Below are positions 12,489-25,130 of a stretch of 64,000 bases of DNA, piece after piece. Every line of letters begins with the position of its first letter. Position 1 is the first letter of the stretch. The DNA is from Octopus sinensis (Eukaryota). A program made the position numbers and the translations under genes. The stretch spans positions 16,802,001 to 16,866,000 of the forward strand of contig NC_043004.1 of NCBI RefSeq assembly GCF_006345805.1. Reading direction: 5' to 3'. The notes under the pieces were generated by a model. That model searched no databases and was not told where the DNA came from. It was given only the letters and a program-made list of their open reading frames with translations.

Positions 12489-12547
<59 letters not shown>

Positions 12548-12760
12548 GAGTGAGAGAGCAGTGCATGCCATCAAAGTGAAACTGGGGTAAAATATACGAA
12601 GCCCAGTATACCCGTCATGACTACCAGTCTGATAAGGGTACACTAGGTACATGCATCACAACCATATGTACACGACAAGGTGATCTCATATCAAGATAAA
12701 CAGCACATGACTTTGCAGTTTGGGCCCAGTTACAATTTTCTTCTGGTCGAGTGACCCATA
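12485..12760 (-). mobile_element. 3' fragment of an (AAT)n-tailed retroposon
   Basis: 12548-12760 is the reverse complement of the 3' part of 38690-39200; (ATT)n 12485-12547 is the tail. Confidence 0.8.
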
Positions 12761-12761
12761 G

Positions 12762-13980
12762 TATTATTATTATTGTTATTATTATTGTCATATACTTTTA
12801 ATCTGTATGTTTGATGCAATCACTTGCCGGGGCACACCCAGCGCCCCAGGGCAAGTGAAGGTTAAGAGTTGTTGAAATATAGCTGAAAGCTTGGGGAGGG
12901 GAAGTAGAGAAATATCTCCATGTAATACAACACAAACATTTACATTGATAGGGTTTTTCTAAGGATGTGGGCAGTACTTGTTAGCACAATCTTTTGGATT
13001 TCTTTGAGACATGGTTCTCCAGGGATATTGTCTAGGTGTTTCTGACATCCCTTTTTTATCATACCTAGGGCACCTACAATAATAGGAACAGCTTTTGTTT
13101 TAAGATTCCACATCTTTTGTATTTCGATTTCCAGGTCCTTATATTTACTAAGTTTGTCAAATTCCTTTACAGATATATTGTTATCAGTGGGGATACTTAC
13201 CTCTATTGGTCTGCAGGTATTTTCTTCCCTGTCTTTAACAATTATGTCTGGTCGATTAGCCTTGATCGTTCTGTCAGTGTTGACTGGAAAATCCCAGAGG
13301 ATGGTGACATTTTTACCTTCAACAACTGGCTGAGAATGATGTTCATACCAGTTAGCAGGAGTGCTGAATTTGTAGTGTTTACATATCTTCCAATGTATAT
13401 ACTGTCCTACCCTATCGTGGCGATTTTTGTATTCGTTTGGTGTCAGCACAGGACATCCCGAAACGAGATGGTCTATTGTTTCGTCAAATGTGTCGCAGAA
13501 TCTGCATTTAGGGTCAGTACCGTTTCGGAGAACGCTAGCCTGGTAATTTCTGGTAAACAAGCTTTGATCTTGTGCTGCCAGTATGAAGCCTTCAGTCTCT
13601 GCTTTCAATCCTGAACTCTTCAGCCACTGATGGGTTGTTGCTTGGTCTACATCAGCATTTTGGCTTCGGGGAATATATTGTCCATGCAGGGGCTTCTGGC
13701 TTCACCGTTTCTCATTTTGATTCTGCTCGTTCTTTTTTGCAGTCTGCTTGATTCGCTTTGCTTGCTTGGTAGCAGTGGTTTCCGGCTCTTCATCTGATTC
13801 AAGGTTAATGTCTAGTTCCCTTTCGAACTTATAAGCTTCCTTGACAATAGAATGCAGCTTTTTGCTGCTTTCGTGTTCGCACACAAGTCGCAGCATCCAG
13901 TCCTTTGTACTAGATAGGTACCTGTTCATTCCTACAGTGGAGGTCTTATAGCACAGCTCTAATTGCATCATTCCTCTCCT
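12762..13980 (-). mobile_element. 5'-truncated Dong/R4-type non-LTR retrotransposon (restriction-like endonuclease) with (AAT)n tail
   Basis: Post-RT region RRGMMQLE, KPLHGQY, CCHC knuckle CRFC..ETIDHLVSGC, RHD, RLE NRPDIIV..IEVSIP..KLSKYKDL; short 3' UTR and TAA-repeat tail at 12762-12787. Confidence 0.92.
12940..13980 (-). pseudogene. C-terminal ~345 codons of the Dong/R4 ORF with one nonsense codon
   Basis: ORFs 13702-13992 and 12940-13608 are in the same frame, separated only by TGA at the expected Trp (R*SQKPLHGQY). Confidence 0.9.
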
Positions 13981-14345
13981 GCTTAGCGGCATTTCGTCCG
14001 TCTTAAATTCTTCCGAGGTCGACTTTACTTTCTATCCTTTCGAGGTTGATAAATCAAATACCAGTGAAACACTGGGGTTGAGTAATCGACTAATCCCCCT
14101 CTTCAAACGTTCAAGCCTTGGGCCTATAGTAGAAAGGATTATTATTATCACTCCCATGACAGAGGCGGCGAGGTGGTTGAATGGATGGCATGTCGGATAA
14201 AAAGCTTACTAGTATTTCTTACAGCATTTTACGTTCTGAGTTCAAATGCCCTTGAGGTCGACTTCACCCTTTATCTTCAGGGCCCATAAAATAAGTACCA
14301 GTTTTATACTGGAGTCGATATAATTTTATTAGCACCCTCCCTAAA
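13981..14345 (+). mobile_element. Two tandem SINE family B copies
   Basis: gcttagcggcatttcg..gaggtcgacttt..taccagt, followed by ggcggcgaggtgg..gttctgagttcaaat..aagtaccagt. Confidence 0.75.
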
Positions 14346-14726
14346 TATTTCAGAACGCGAAGTAGAAAGAATGATTACTCAAATCTCAATGAACAATGTG
14401 CCTTTGTTTTCGAGGTTTCCAGGTTTCTTGCAAGAACATCTGTCAATTGTATTCCAGGTCTTCTTATATTTGCAGCGAGGCCATGTAAGGTGAAAATATT
14501 TTCGTGCTTAATGCCAAAATTTGAAGACGATATTGCCAGTCACCGATCTCCAATGTACCTTCCAACAACCTAACAAATGCAGTTTGAAATATTATGGAAT
14601 TGCGGCAGAAGTATTGAGCGTTGTAGGTTATAAAATTATTCATCATTGAAATGGATTAATACATACATATATATATATATATGACTTGGTCGAAGATTTA
14701 TTACCAAATGCATAATCATATACATT

Positions 14727-15000
14727 ATGTGTGTGTGTGTGTGTACATATGTTTATAGATATTTATATATATATATTTATATATATATTTATACATGCAT
14801 ATATATACATTATACATACATATAATACATATATATACACACATACATATATATATTTACACACATACATATATACATATATATATATACATACATACAT
14901 ATATACATACATACATACATATATATTATATATATTATATATATATTATATATATATATTATATATATTATAACATATGTATTATACATACATGCATAAT

Positions 15001-15050
<50 letters not shown>
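14727..15050. repeat. Compound (TG)/(TA)/(CA)/(TACA) microsatellite
   Basis: Direct inspection. Confidence 0.95.
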
Positions 15051-15052
<2 letters not shown>

Positions 15053-15409
15053 GATTAATGCTATGATATGATACATAATTTGTGGAAAACATGCGAGATA
15101 TTTTAACTGACAGAATGTATTTGATTATGCATTTAGCAATAAATCTTCGATCAGGTCAATCAAATTTCTACTACTGGGCAATGAATGTTTAAGCTTATGT
15201 CATACCGCTCCGTAATGATATAGAAAGAGTCACAGGGGTTTCTTACCTCTGAATGTTATTTGCAGATAATTTACCTTAGTAATCCAAACTTATGGACATG
15301 TGAGTTATAGAATTCAGTGCAGCTTCTTGGCATGTTCCAATTCCGCGGATTATGGGACATATTCACGTCACCTGCCACGTGACTTTGTTATATGTGTCAC
15401 TTGTGATGT

Positions 15410-15635
15410 TGAAGGTGGTGATAATGTTGAAGATGATGCTGAAGCTGAAAATGATGATGATGATGATGATGATGACGAGGACGACGATGACAACAACAAT
15501 GATGATGAGGATGCAGAGGAGGAGGAGGGGGATAACTGTCATCATGATCCTCGTGATCATAATCTTGAACATTATCTTCAGTTTCATTGTCACCATCATC
15601 ATCATCATCAACATCGTCGTCGTCGTCATCGTCAC

Positions 15636-15672
<37 letters not shown>

Positions 15673-15730
15673 TTCATCATCATCATCATCAACATCATCA
15701 TGAAAACCACCACCGCCACCACCATAATCC
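15410..15730. repeat. (GAT)n followed by (CAT)n trinucleotide tracts (imperfect inverted microsatellite)
   Basis: Direct inspection. Confidence 0.9.
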
Positions 15731-16351
15731 TCGACAGCGCCAGTTGTTACAAACTACTAATATCGATTGTGATTCCTATTTAATTTTCTCTCTATAGATT
15801 TCTGTAAAGCAAATAACAAAAAAATTAATCGCTTGAAGAGAAAATAAGAATCTTTATTGCATGAGTGTGCAAAAAAACGTATGTCCAGTTGGAGTTGTCC
15901 AATGAACGAGTTACAATCAACTGTGATCATTGATTTTTCTCTTACGTTAAAGCATGTTTATATTTAAAGAGAAAATGATTAAGTTGTATAAATATTTATA
16001 TTTTCTCAGAGAGTGTGAACAACTCATTTCTGAGTCTGATATTTCGTTTGCTTTGTCTGTTTGTCAGTGTTATTTGGGTTTTTTTTGTTTTGTATTTTGG
16101 GTGGTGTTTTTTTTTTTTTTGCCTTTTGGGATTCCTTCTTTCTTTTTTCTAATTATCGTTATTAACAAATGTCACAAATATTTACCCGTAAAAAAACCAT
16201 TGAAAGAAACAGACGCGCAGTACAGACAGAGATGATGCCATATATCTGCATATACAGACATATACGTATGTATATATATGTGTGTGTGTGTGTGTATACA
16301 CACACATATATGTGTATGTGTACGGATATGTTTGTATGTGCATATATACGT

Positions 16352-16406
<55 letters not shown>

Positions 16407-16620
16407 TAAGTATGTATACATGTATGTATGTATGTGATTGTTCGGCTTTATTTCAAGATTTGTTGCCAATAGAAAAGGAGCCGGTTTCAAACCTAGATCC
16501 AAGGCTCCTATATTGGAATTTCAACATCGACAACAGGGTATTCTTGCTTGTATGTACGTACGTATATATGTATGTATGTATGCATGTATGTATGTATGTA
16601 TGTATGTATGTGTGTATGTA

Positions 16621-16673
<53 letters not shown>

Positions 16674-16731
16674 TATATGTATGAGTGTATATAAATATGT
16701 GTGCGAATGTCTGCGTGTCTATATTAAAAGC

Positions 16732-17551
16732 ATGGAATCCACGTAGAAACTAATAATGTGTTGAGTCAAACTTTTTGCAATATTTTGATGTTTTGTTTGT
16801 CATGTTACAATAACAGCAGCCTAGCATTGGAAGTAGAGGCCATTGTGTTGCACCCTGTGAAGCGAAATTCACGCCAGTTTTTAATCCAATGCTGATACCA
16901 ATTCTTATCCTTCGATGTGGTTGATGAAGCGTCGTGTTTGCTCGAAGTGAGATTATTAATTGGAACAATTAACAATCTATGAGAAGTATATTTCCGCAAA
17001 CCCAGTATACATAAGGAGTGGTTAAGCAAGGGACAACTTCCAGAGCAATTCGACAAAAATAGGAGTTTCGAACACAAAGTGATGTTCTAAATCTGGTGGA
17101 TAATAACGAGGGGATTATTCACTACGAGCCCGTTCCGGACAGTCCAACGATCGATGCCAAACAGTACTCTGAACAGCTAAAGTAGTTATATGCCCTCGTG
17201 CGGGAAAAATACTCGGCATTGGTCAACAGAAAATTAACACTTCTGCAGCAAGACAATGTATGAGATCATACCTCTCGATATACTCGGAACAAACCTCAGG
17301 AACTTTACGGAATCGAACAAATGCCACACCCAGCATATAATCCTAATCTAGTTCCCGCGAATTATTATTTTTTCTAATCCATGGCCCACTTCCTGCGCTC
17401 GCGATGGATCGTCAACAGACATTAGATGGAAGCTTCGTTGAAGGAATATTTTGCTTCGATGGACAAGAACTGGTATCAGCAAGAAATCAAAGAACTGGCA
17501 GAAAGATGTTTTCAGGCGGTGCAACATGATGGTGTTTGATTTGAATGCTAG
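16732..17551 (+). mobile_element. Degenerate mariner transposase remnant
   Basis: KVMF*IWWNNNEGIIHYE, LLQQDNV*DHTS, MPHPAYNPNLVPANYYFF, KNWYQQEIKELAERC; many stops; TIRs not resolved. Confidence 0.85.
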
Positions 17552-17719
17552 GCTGCTTTTGTTGGATAAAGCAAATATGTTACCAAAATACAGCAAAACT
17601 TTTCTCGCAATACGATATATTTGCTTCCTGATATATTTCTTCAATATTGTCTGTAAATATAGTGATTCAGATATTTGGGGACATATTTGGTAATTCAATG
17701 AAGGAAATCTAATCTAACA

Positions 17720-18428
17720 AAACAAGTATTTTAATAGAAATTTGTGCACATTCTCTCGCTAAGCTTTCCTATTAGATTATTCTATGAATCCACCAAATTA
17801 AGTTTTGACATAGGAAAATTATGGCATTGCACGGTTTCAAATGTAGTAGTCAATGAGATTGAAATCTGGCGATTCTGTCGGTCACAAATTTGGTTTTTAC
17901 ATGATTGTAAATATTATCTGACAGCTATTCTTGACTCACGTATTGCCTTCCAATACGTACTTGATCCTATCAGGGATTAACAATTGTCTACAAAATCACA
18001 AAGTCCTTACCATCGTTCTTCAGCACACCAAAAAGCAACATGGTTGTTGGGAACAAGCGTGTATCACTCTGAAAACATCTGAAGAATCTGCTCATAACCA
18101 TCTGCCATTTCTCCAATTATGGCTTTTGGCCCTGGCCGAAGTTTTTTCCGTGAGAGTAAAACTAAAGCACACTTTATTCATGAGGGTTTTTAACCTTGTT
18201 CAGTAACTGCTTCAGACGGAACAAACGTTTTTCTTGCGTCTTTGCAAACAGGAATCGGTGTCTCCTTAGTACATGAGACTCCTTTCGAATGTTCTTTGTT
18301 CGTTCACACCGGTACCTTACGTTCTTTGGCGATGACACCCATTGGTTTTTCCGGGCTCAACATTGATTATGTTCTGAATCCGTTGGGTGAGTTGTGGAGT
18401 TGTCATAGTGTCCAACCGTCTAGAACGA
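17720..18428 (-). mobile_element. Degenerate maT/DD37D-like Tc1-mariner transposase remnant
   Basis: Minus-strand pieces YSHGKNFGQGQK, WRNGRWL, FPTTMLLFGVLKNDG and PTESPDFNLIDYYI; related to the element at 44241. Confidence 0.7.
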
Positions 18429-19439
18429 TTTCCCCTTATATATATATATATATAATGGAACAAAAATACAGAATTAAAACGTCGGACAGATAGACGACAC
18501 AAAGGCGGACAAGAGAAACAACAATTAGGACAGGCAAAAAAGACGGGTAATTCTTGATTTCTTTCATCAGTCAAGTACCAGAACTCACAACCATTTCGGA
18601 CAGTTACACTTGACATGGTTCGATCTGGTTGTTCCCCAAAAAGTCTAAGCTAAACGCATTAGACTCCTTTTGTAAGAAAGCTAGCGAATGTGTACACCAA
18701 AAAAGACGAAAACAAACCAACAAACAAACAAAACAACGGAGACCATGGTACACAATTACGAATACAACAACAAGAAATAACAACAGGCTCTTTCGATAAG
18801 GCAGGTATGCTTTTGTGGGATCGGAAAACGAAGGTTAATATTTATATTACAATATAATTAAAACAGACTATTCCATCCAAACAAAAAATACTTGCCTTTC
18901 ACATTCTTAGTAGCATCTTTTAGAAGACAAACATATTTTACAAAGTTTCATCTAAAATTGTGTGAAGTAAAATGAAACTTCGAAACTTTCCAGATGCTCT
19001 TCTTTTTGGCTTCGGGATACATATCTCAGATAAGATAGAAGAAAGGTAATTATGAAAAAAATGAATAATAGGCTTAGCTCGAATTGTTCTATATAATACA
19101 TTGTTTGAAAAACAGTATTTAAAATATCAAGAAGTGTACTTTTAGGTTTCTTTTACTCAGAGGCATACAAGAAACTTCTTTTAATGTATACTTGTTGTAT
19201 ATATCAAAAGTTGTGCTCTAAATACAAACTAGGTAGCTAGATTAAATCGAATTTTATTTTTCTTCCATTATGTTAGATATCTTTTCAAAGGAAACGAAAG
19301 ACTATGCTGATATAGATATAAGTCAATAAGCAAGTTGCTATTCCTCATAAAGTGGGCTCAGAATATTCTAAAATCCAAAAGCTACTCAAGAATAAAAGTG
19401 TTGAGTTTTACCTCTCGGAGATAAACTAAGAAGCCGCAG

Positions 19440-19770
19440 TTAATCGGGAACTTTTGGGCAAAGTGTAGTAAGTCGGATTCAAATACATTTCAGAATGTTG
19501 TTAGGAGTGATTTTTCAACCGTTGGGATTTGTAGTGATGCCCTATTAAACTGTCTTTGTAGAGTTTGGTGAAACGTTCCATTCTATTTCAGCAACTTGGA
19601 AGCATAGAGGGGAGTGACTGAACATTTTTGGGGTTGCATTGTCATCTGCAAATGCTGTGAACAGTTTTGTTTTGGGAGCAAGCCGTCTTATATTCAACAT
19701 CCTACCTATTGCTTGATATCAGATGGAGACTCCATGTAAACAACCCTCAAAAGCTATCATGAAAATACAG
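19440..19770 (-). mobile_element. Old LINE RT remnant
   Basis: Minus-strand TAFADDNA followed by EWNVSPNSTKTV (motif C and downstream N..KT). Confidence 0.45.
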
Positions 19771-19784
19771 ATCCATGGGGTTTT

Positions 19785-19988
19785 ATTTTTTTAATTGCTT
19801 CAGTCATGTGACTGAGGCCATGCTGAGATTCTGCCTGAATCTCGAACATATCGATCCCCAGTTCTTGTGATTTTTTTAAAAGTCTGGCACTTCTTCTTTC
19901 CGACGCCTGCCGAACCGCTTAGTTACGCGAGCGTATATAAACCGACACCGATTGTCATGCAGTGGTGGGAGACAAACACAAACACGAA

Positions 19989-20023
<35 letters not shown>

Positions 20024-20090
20024 CGGGCATCTACAGAGTGGCCGCCTACAAAAAGACTAGGCTAAAATGCCGTGCAGTATTAATGAACCT
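19785..20090 (-). mobile_element. SINE family A, old copy
   Basis: cagtcatgtgactgaggccatgctg, gccgaaccgcttagttacg, (CA)n, gacgggc. Confidence 0.7.
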
Positions 20091-20404
20091 CAAAGCAGAT
20101 GGCTGCAAAACAAGCTTCTCGCCCATACCACCACACCCACGCTTATCTGAATTAGTCTCATTAAGAAATATTGCTAAGTCTGATATTTAAATGTAACGTA
20201 AGCATTTTCATTTTATATATTTAAGTTAATATATTTAGTAACTTTCTTGAGATATGGTTGTGTGTTCATTGGTGGCTTAATAAATTTCGAATCCATAATG
20301 TAATGAAAAATGTATAGAGATTTAAATTAACGGCCCAAAGCTTAATTTTGATTATATTAAACATTTAAAATTAATATGAATATGAGTTTCTTTCTTTTAT
20401 TTTC

Positions 20405-20664
20405 TTTCTTTTGTTCGTTTCAGTCATTTTACTGCGGCCATGCTGGAGCACTGCTTTTAGTCGAACAAATCGACCCGAGGACTTAATCTTTGTAAACCTA
20501 GTACTTATTCTATCGGTCTCTTTTGCCGAACCGCTACGCTACGGGGACATAAACACACCAACATCCGGTGTCCAGCGATGTTGGGGGGACAAACACAGGC
20601 ACAAAAACATACACACACACACACACACACGCACACATACACACACATATATATACATATATAT

Positions 20665-20720
<56 letters not shown>

Positions 20721-20790
20721 CGACGGGCTTCTTTCAGTTTCCGTCTACCAAATCCACTCACAAGGCTTTGGTCGGCCCGGGGCTATAGTT
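20405..20790 (-). mobile_element. SINE family A lacking its tRNA head
   Basis: Reverse complement matches 52400-52745, including the internal (TA)/(TG) tract. Confidence 0.88.
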
Positions 20791-21139
20791 ATAGCCTCGG
20801 GCTATATATATAGCAATAGGTTCTGTGCCACACTTCTACATTATTGAAGCATATACATATTTCGGAGTTATTCGGTGATACACTTGAAAATATGTGCTTG
20901 CGTATGGTTGTTTGAGTGAATGCGTGTGGCAGATGTACGCTCCCAAACGTTGTTTGGAAAAGAAATATGCATACATTTTCACATCTCAAAAATGCGCATC
21001 CGGGTTAAAATGTAAAACTGTAATTCACATGCACAGATTTCCCCATCAATTTTCTTTTACGGCAGAGCTAATGACGGTGCCCCAGGATAATGAATATGTA
21101 TTGGTTGGAACCAATAAAAGAATGAAAGGTAAAATTAGG

Positions 21140-21505
21140 ATCGATACATACATACATACATACATGCATAATACATAACTACATTATTCATATATGTATA
21201 TATATATTTATGTATGTATATATATTCATTTTTTATTCATAAAAATTGAAAAGTGGGAAAATATCGAATGTTTTCTGTCTTGTTACACAGGCAAACCCGT
21301 ACACACACAAGCATTTTCGACAATTATGTAAATACATTAATATATTTTTTGCTCCAAGCTATCAAATTTGCTAGAGGAAACCTCTTTTTAGACACAAGCC
21401 AATATCTTCCGATTAATAGAGAAAATATACACAACAACCAAGTGCACTATTGTGGCTTCCTTCCTTACTCTTGATATTCAATAAACAATAATTGCATCTA
21501 TATGA

Positions 21506-21578
<73 letters not shown>

Positions 21579-21595
21579 CATATATATATACATAC

Positions 21596-21639
<44 letters not shown>

Positions 21640-21642
21640 TAC

Positions 21643-21732
<90 letters not shown>

Positions 21733-21992
21733 AAATATATATATATATAACTATATATACATTCTATGTGTGTATGTTTATTCTGTGTCCATGTGACGGT
21801 GTTTTAAAACTAATTCATGGAACAAAACTTTCAGGAAGAAATAGATGGCCCTAAAGACTGAGAGTTTTTGCATGGCACGACATTCGGCCTTCGAGTCACT
21901 TTTGCAGATTTATAATTTCGTAGCATATAAGTATTGCAGATATAAGTATATATGCTTATCAATAAATTATCCATCTCTCTCTCTCTCTCTCA

Positions 21993-22025
<33 letters not shown>

Positions 22026-22034
22026 TCTCTCTCA

Positions 22035-22073
<39 letters not shown>

Positions 22074-22201
22074 CACGCTTCTATGTATACATGGTTCGTA
22101 TGTATACAGATATGTGCATACATATAAGAATGCATACACATATATGTAATTATATAGGTGTGTGTATAAATTATATATAGCGTATACATATGTATATAAT
22201 A

Positions 22202-22271
<70 letters not shown>
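21140..22271. repeat. Large compound (TA)n/(TACA)n/(TC)n microsatellite block
   Basis: Direct inspection. Confidence 0.9.
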
Positions 22272-22273
<2 letters not shown>

Positions 22274-23257
22274 AATGAGGAATCCACATGGTAATTCACT
22301 GAATTGTTGGTTACATGATAACCACAGGAAAATTATTTACCGGTATATATATATATATATAGTTGTTATGTGTGTGTATGTATACATGTTTGAAACAGCC
22401 CATTTCATATGCTGTAAAATTATATGATAGCAGAGGCTGTATATTTTATATATATTTTAATAAGAAATAATTACACAAAATTGCCAGAAATGTATTGTTG
22501 AATGGAAAATGGAAATCTGTTTTGTTTTTTGGTCTTCTGCAGGTTTCATGAGAAAAAACTTATATAGATATTTCCGGTGTAGAATTATTTTTCTGAAGAC
22601 TTTGGACGGAGACGAAGAAACCTTGTTGCATTTTCAATTATAATGGGCCTTCAGGATGAGTATTTTCAAAGATAATAGAACCAATTCTAAATGTGTCTCT
22701 TGGGGATTTCTTTTTTATTTATTCTTGATTGTTTTTTGCTTCCTTCGCGTACCCACTTCCTCTCCTTGTTTAGCAATGTTAGGAATTATTTTTATGCATT
22801 TTTATATAACAATAAAAAAAACAACAACCTCGCCTCAATTCGGTTATTAATTGTATCCTTAACCATTGCTTTAGATACGCATTGGATTATACATATATAC
22901 ACAGACACATACATACACTCATTCACGCACACATACGCACATGTATGCAAACATAAACATACATACGAATACACACGAATACCATACTCACAATCATATA
23001 TAGAAGTTTATGTGTGTGCATGTATATGTGTATACATACACACACATACACGTATGCATGTGAGTGTGTGTTATTCTTTGTGAGCATATATTTTATGATC
23101 TGCAGGCATAGCGGTGTGGTAAGAAGTTTGCTTCAGATCACATGGTACTGGGTTCAATCCCCATCCGTGGTACCCTGCACGAGTGTGGCCGAGGATGAAT
23201 AACTGTCTTATGAGTATGTTTGATAGAAGGAAACTGAAAGAAGCCCGTTTATATATT

Positions 23258-23329
<72 letters not shown>

Positions 23330-24318
23330 AATGAGGAATCCACATGGTAATTCACTGAATTGTTGGTTACATGATAAACCACAGGAAAATTATTTACCGG
23401 TATATATATATATATATAGTTGTTATGTGTGTGTATGTATACATGTTTGAAACAGCCCATTTCATATGCTGTAAAATTATATGATAGCAGAGGCTGTATA
23501 TTTTATATATATTTTAATAAGAAATAATTACACAAAATTGCCAGAAATGTATTGTTGAATGGAAAATGGAAATCTGTTTTGTTTTTTGGTCTTCTGCAGG
23601 TTTCATGAGAAAAAACTTATTATAGATATTTCCGGTGTAGAATTATTTTTCTGAAGACTTTGGACGGAGACGAAGAAACCTTGTTGCATTTTCAATTATA
23701 ATGGGCCTTCAGGGATGAGTATTTTCAAAGATAATAGAACCAATTCTAAATGTGTCTCTTGGGGATTTCTTTTTTATTTATTCTTGATTGTTTTTTGCTT
23801 CCTTCGCGTACCCACTTCCTCTCCTTGTTTAGCAATGTTAGGAATTATTTTTATGCATTTTTATATAACAATAAAAAAAACAACAACCTCGCCTCAATTC
23901 GGTTATTAATTGTATCCTTAACCATTGCTTTAGATACGCATTGGATTATACATATATACACAGACACATACATACACTCATTCACGCACACATACGCCAC
24001 ATGTATGCAAACATAAACATACATACGAATACACACGAATACCATACTCACAATCATATATAGAAGTTTATGTGTGTGCATGTATATGTGTATACATACA
24101 CACACATACACGTATGCATGTGAGTGTGTGTTATTCTTTGTGAGCATATATTTTATGATCTGCAGGCATAGCGGTGTGGTAAGAAGTTTGCTTCAGAATC
24201 ACATGGTACTGGGTTCAATCCCCATCCGTGGTACCCTGCACGAGTGTGGCCGAGGATGAATAACTGTCTTATGAGTATGTTTGATAGAAGGAAACTGAAA
24301 GAAGCCCGTTTATATATT

Positions 24319-24325
<7 letters not shown>
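22272..24325 (+). repeat. Near-identical tandem duplication, ~1056 bp period (22272-23264 and 23328-24325)
   Basis: Both copies start ggaatgaggaatccacatgg and end aagcccgtttatatatttgtgtac; bounded by (TA)n; differences are 1-bp indels. Confidence 0.96.
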
Positions 24326-24368
<43 letters not shown>

Positions 24369-24570
24369 CAGGCATATATATGCATGTTCATCCTTGTGTT
24401 TGCATTTGCCAGCCCACACCCCACACATCTCTCAAGATAAGGTTTTGTCTTGTTTGCATCCCCCCAAGTCAACGGTTCGGCAAAAGAGATAAATAGAATA
24501 AGTATCAGGCTCTTGAAATGAGCTGTCGATTCATTCGACAAGGCGTGACTCCTGTATGGCCGCAGTCTTC
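24165..24570 (+). mobile_element. SINE family A (its head is duplicated at 23105-23264)
   Basis: A/B-box-like head ggcatagcggtgtgg..gggttcaatccc, aaactgaaagaagcccg, (TA)n, then tail cggttcggcaaaagaga..tggccgcagtc. Confidence 0.8.
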
Positions 24571-24749
24571 ATACCTGCAGCAAGTTAAAGCTAAAACACA
24601 CAGGCATGCGCGCGTACACATAAACACGCACATGAGCATGTATATACAGATATAAAATTCATTTACTGTGTGTATATTTACATCTCTCTCTCTCTCTCTA
24701 TCTATCTATCTATTTATATGTCTGTCTACATATCTATCTATCTGTCTAT

Positions 24750-24792
<43 letters not shown>

Positions 24793-24914
24793 GCTAGCTA
24801 TGCGTCTACCTATCTATCTACCTATCTATCTATCTATGTATCTATCTATATGTCTGTCTATCTATCTATCTATCTACCTACCTACATGTCTTTATATATA
24901 TATATATATATTGT

Positions 24915-25130
24915 AGGGAGACACTCGATTTAGTGGTTTCTGTGTTCTGCAGCCGAACGTAATGCGGTTGGTTCGTTTGATGAAGCAAACAGTGCGTTGT
25001 AACCTTGGCGAAGGCTCTTAACTGCACGTTCAAATATTCAGCCAAAGAATGAGCATCAACCAAATGCTAGTGAAGTTCTCTCTCCTCCTCCACCCGTCGT
25101 ACTCAGAATGTCTCGCTTTGGTAAAGAACA
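24915..25130 (+). mobile_element. Degenerate tRNA/CORE-type SINE
   Basis: gatttagtgg..ggttcgttt head and gtaaccttggcgaagg CORE-like stretch. Confidence 0.4.

Noticed and set aside
13117-13614. 165 aa plus-strand ORF
   Set aside because: Antisense to the Dong/R4 ORF.
15300-15797. Asp/Glu-rich then His-rich 165 aa ORF
   Set aside because: Explained entirely by GAT/CAT repeats; open in several frames; no domain or splice support.
22543-22660. Possible exon after ttttggtcttctgcAG (also at 23599)
   Set aside because: Stops in all frames and no GT donor at the apparent end.
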